A stretch of DNA of 63,889 nt, taken from positions 1-63,889 of the forward strand of contig NW_027138256.1 of NCBI RefSeq assembly GCF_035084215.1, written 5' to 3'. The notes under the pieces were generated by a model, which saw only the letters and a program-made list of their open reading frames with translations, had not been told where the DNA came from and searched no databases. A program made the position numbers and the translations under genes. Positions 60,040 through 63,889 of the stretch are shown in pieces. Source of the DNA: Heptranchias perlo (Eukaryota). Position 1 is the stretch's first letter, and every line of letters starts with the position of its first letter.

Positions 60040-63000
60040 GAGAGCGTGGGGGGAGAGAGAGAGAGAGAGAGAGCGCGGGGGGGAGGAGAGAGAGAGCGCG
60101 GGGGGAGAGAGAGAGCGCGGGGGGGGAGAGAGAGAGAGCGCGGGCGGGGAGAGAGAGCGCGGGGGGGGAGAGAGAGAGCGCAGGGGGGGGAGAGAGAGAG
60201 CGCGGGGGGGGAGAGAGAGAGCGCAGGGGGGGGAGAGAGAGAGCGCGGGGGGGGGGAGAGAGCGCGGGGGGGGAGAGAGAGAGAGCGCGGGCGGGGAGAG
60301 AGAGCGAGCGCGGGCGGGGAGAGAGAGCGCGGGGGGGGAGAGAGAGAGCGCGGGGGGGGGAGAGAGAGAGAGAGCGCGGGGGGGAGAGAGAGAGCGCGGG
60401 GGGGGAGAGAGAGAGCGCAGGGGGGGAGAGAGAGAGCGCGGGGGGGGGAGAGAGAGAGAGAGCGCGGGGGGGAGAGAGAGAGAGAGAGCGCGGGGGGGGA
60501 GAGAGAGAGAGAGCGCGGGGGGGGAGGAGAGAGAGAGCGCGGGGGGGGAGAGAGAGAGAGCGCGGGGGGAGAGAGAGAGAGAGCGCGGGGGGGAGAGAGA
60601 GAGAGCGCGGGGGGGGAGAGAGAGAGAGAGCGCGGGGGGAGAGAGAGAGAGAGCGCGGGGGGGAGAGAGAGAGAGAGCGCGGGGGGGGAGGACGAGAGAG
60701 AGAGCGCGGGGGGGTGGAGAGAGAGAGCGCGGGGGGGGAGAGAGAGAGAGAGCGCGGGGGGGAGAGAGAGAGAGCGCGGGGGGGGAGAGAGAGAGAGCGC
60801 GGGGGGGAGGAGAGAGAGAGCGCGGGGGGGAGAGAGAGAGCGCGGGGGGGAGAGAGAGAGAGAGCGCGGGGGGGAGAGAGAGAGAGCGCGGGGGGGAGAG
60901 AGAGAGAGAGCGCGGGGGGGAGAGAGAGAGAGCGCGGGGGGGAGAGAGAGAGAGAGCGCGGGGGGGAGAGAGAGAGAGCGCGGGGGGGAGAGAGAGAGAG
61001 AGCGCGGGGGGGGAGGAGAGAGAGAGCGCGGGGGGGAGAGAGAGAGAGAGCGCGGGGGGGAGAGAGAGAGAGCGCGGGGGGAGAGAGAGAGAGAGCGCGG
61101 GGGGTGAGAGAGAGAGAGCGCGGGGGGAGAGAGAGAGAGCGCGGGGGGGAGAGAGAGAGAGAGCGCGGGGGGGAGAGAGAGAGAGAGCGCGGGGGGGAGA
61201 GAGAGAGAGAGCGCGGGGGGGAGAGAGAGAGAGAGCGCGGGGGGGAGAGAGAGCGCGGGGGGGAGAGAGAGAGAGAGCGCGGGGGGGGAGAGAGAGAGAG
61301 AGCGCGGGGGAGAGAGAGAGAGAGCGCGGGGGGGAGAGAGAGAGAGCGCGGGGGGGAGAGAGAGAGAGAGAGAGCGCGGGGGGGAGAGAGAGAGAGAGCG
61401 CGGGGGGGAGAGAGAGAGAGCGCGGGGGGAGAGAGAGAGAGAGCGCGGGGGGAGAGAGAGAGAGAGCGCGGGGGGGAGAGAGAGAGAGCGCGGGGGGAGA
61501 GAGAGAGAGAGCGCGGGGGGGAGAGAGAGAGAGAGCGCGGGGGGAGAGAGAGAGAGAGCGCGGGGGGGGGAGAGAGAGAGAGCGCGGGGGGGGAGAGAGA
61601 GAGCGCGGGGGGGGAGAGAGAGAGAGCGCGGGGGGGAGAGAGAGAGAGCGCGGGGGGGAGAGAGGGAGAGCGCGGGGGGGAGAGAGAGAGAGCGCGGGGG
61701 GGAGAGAGAGAGAGCGCGGGGGGGAAGAGAGAGAGAGAGCGCGGGGGGGGGAGAGAGAGAGAGCGCGGGGGGGAGAGAGAGAGAGAGCGCGGGGGGAGAG
61801 AGAGAGAGAGCGCGGGGGGGGAGAGAGAGAGAGCGCGGGGGGGGAGAGAGAGAGAGCGCGCGGGGGGGAGAGAGAGAGAGAGCGCGGGGGGGAGAGAGAG
61901 AGAGCGCGGGGGGGGAGAGAGAGAGCGCGGGGGGGGAGAGAGAGAGAGCGCGGGGGGGGAGAGAGAGAGAGCGCGGGGGGGAGAGAGAGAGAGCGCGGGG
62001 GGGAGAGAGAGAGAGAGCGCAGGGGGGGAGAGAGAGAGAGAGCGCGGGGGGGGAGGAGAGAGAGAGCGCGGGGGGGAGAGAGAGAGAGCGCGGGGGGAGA
62101 GAGAGAGAGAGCGCGGGGGGGAGAGAGAGAGAGAGCGCGGGGGGGGGAGAGAGAGAGAGCGCGGGGGGGGAGAGAGAGAGAGAGCGCGGGGGGGAGAGAG
62201 AGAGAGAGCGCGGGGGGGAGAGAGAGAGAGAGCGCGGGGGGGGAGAGAGAGAGAGCGCGGGGGGGAGGAGAGAGAGAGCGCGGGGGGGGAGAGAGAGAGA
62301 GAGCGCGGGGGGGGAGAGAGAGAGAGAGCGCGGGGGGAGAGAGAGAGAGCGCGGGGGGGAGAGAGAGAGAGCGCGGGGGGGAGAGAGAGAGAGAGCGCGG
62401 GGGGGAGAGAGAGAGAGCGCGGGGGGGAGAGAGAGAGAGCGCGGGGGGGGAGAGAGAGAGAGCGCGGGGGGAGAGAGAGAGAGCGCGGGGGGGGAGAGAG
62501 AGAGAGCGCGGGGGGGAGAGAGAGAGAGCGCGGGGGGGGAGGAGAGAGAGAGCGCGGGGGGGAGAGAGAGAGAGCGCGGGGGGGAGAGAGAGAGAGCGCG
62601 GGGGGGAGAGAGAGAGAGCGCGGGGGGGAGAGAGAGAGAGCGCGGGGGGAGAGAGAGAGAGAGCGCGGGGGGAGAGAGAGAGAGCGCGGGGGGGGAGAGA
62701 GAGAGAGCGCGGGGGGGAGAGAGAGAGAGAGCGCGGGGGGGGAGGAGAGAGAGAGCGCGGGGGGGGAGAGAGAGAGAGCGCGGGGGGGGAGAGAGAGAGA
62801 GCGCGGGGGGGAGAGAGAGAGAGCGCGGGGGGGAGAGAGAGAGAGAGCGCGGGGGGGAGAGAGAGAGCGCGGGGGGGAGAGAGAGAGAGCGCGGGGGGGA
62901 GAGAGAGAGAGCGCGGGGGGGAGAGAGAGAGAGCGCGGGGGGGAGAGAGAGAGAGCGCGGGGGGGAGAGAGAGAGAGCGCGGGGGGAGAGAGAGAGAGCG

Positions 63001-63889
63001 CGGGGGGAGAGAGAGAGCGCGGGGGGGAGAGAGAGAGAGAGCGCGGGGGGGAGAGAGAGAGAGCGCGGGGGGGAGAGAGAGAGAGAGCGCGGGGGGGGAG
63101 AGAGAGAGAGCGCGGGGGGGGAGAGAGAGAGAGCGCGGGGGGGAGAGAGAGAGAGAGCGCGGGGGGGGAGAGAGAGAGAGCGCGGGGGGGGAGAGAGAGA
63201 GAGCGCGGGGGGGGAGAGAGAGAGAGCGCGGGGGGGGAGAGAGAGAGAGCGCGGGGGGGAGAGAGAGAGAGCGCGGGGGGAGAGAGAGAGAGCGCGGGGG
63301 GGGAGAGAGAGAGAGCGCGGGGGGGGAGAGAGAGAGAGCGCGGGGGGGGGAGAGAGAGAGCGCGGGGGGGGAGAGAGAGAGAGCGCGGGGGGGAGAGAGA
63401 GAGAGAGCGCGGGGGGGGAGAGAGAGAGAGCGCGGGGGGGGAGAGAGAGAGAGCGCGGGGGGGAGAGAGAGAGAGCGCGGGGGGGAGAGAGAGAGAGCGC
63501 GGGGGGGAGAGAGAGAGAGAGCGCGGGGGGGAGAGAGAGAGAGAGCGCGGGGGGGAGAGAGAGAGAGCGCGGGGGGGGAGAGAGAGAGAGCGCGGGGGGG
63601 GAGAGAGAGAGAGAGCGCGGGGGGGGAGAGAGAGAGAGCGCGGGGGGGAGAGAGAGAGAGAGCGCGGGGGGAGAGAGAGAGAGAGCGCGGGGGGGGGAGA
63701 GAGAGAGAGCGCGGGGGGGGAGAGAGAGAGAGAGCGCGGGGGGGGAGAGAGAGAGAGAGCAGCCCGGAGGGGGAAGAGAGAGAGAGAGCGCAGGGGGGAG
63801 AAGAGAGACGAGAAGCGCGGGGGGGAGAGAGATGAGAGCGCGGCGGGGGGAGAGAGAGAGAGCGCGCGGGGGGAGAGAGAGAGAGAGCA
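60040..63889. repeat. ~22-24-bp T-poor minisatellite GCGC(G)n(AG)n in an SLC7A8 intron, running to the window edge
   Basis: Read directly. Confidence 0.95.

Noticed and set aside
59762-63835. 1357-aa Arg/Glu/Gly-rich ORF (similarly 48695-51559 and most of 31680-35345)
   Set aside because: Low-complexity repeat that lacks stops because of its composition; no coding signal beyond the annotated exons.

Overview
Eukaryotic genomic DNA, GC-rich and dominated by repeats. The SINE/LINE content suggests a cartilaginous fish (shark-like); the species cannot be determined from the sequence. Four spliced genes were reconstructed by hand from GT-AG junctions and recalled similarity to human proteins: the last three coding exons of TM9SF1 (+), essentially all of MDP1 (-, six exons), the last five coding exons of DHRS1 (+) and the last two exons of SLC7A8/LAT2 (-). 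Their human orthologues all lie in 14q11.2-q12. The rest is CR1/L2-type LINEs (one near full length), at least two tRNA-derived SINE families, N-runs and about 20 different minisatellites. Almost all long ORFs in the supplied track are translations of tandem repeats. There is no prokaryotic system and no CRISPR array. The most notable signal is that many minisatellites are local amplifications of a recognisable motif: a 3' splice site, a 5' splice site, a GC-box promoter unit, one fixed 33-bp segment inside four separate SINE copies, and a CR1 ORF2 segment. Several arrays appear to sit inside 3' UTRs. Copy numbers are estimates (span divided by unit length) and no database searches were run.
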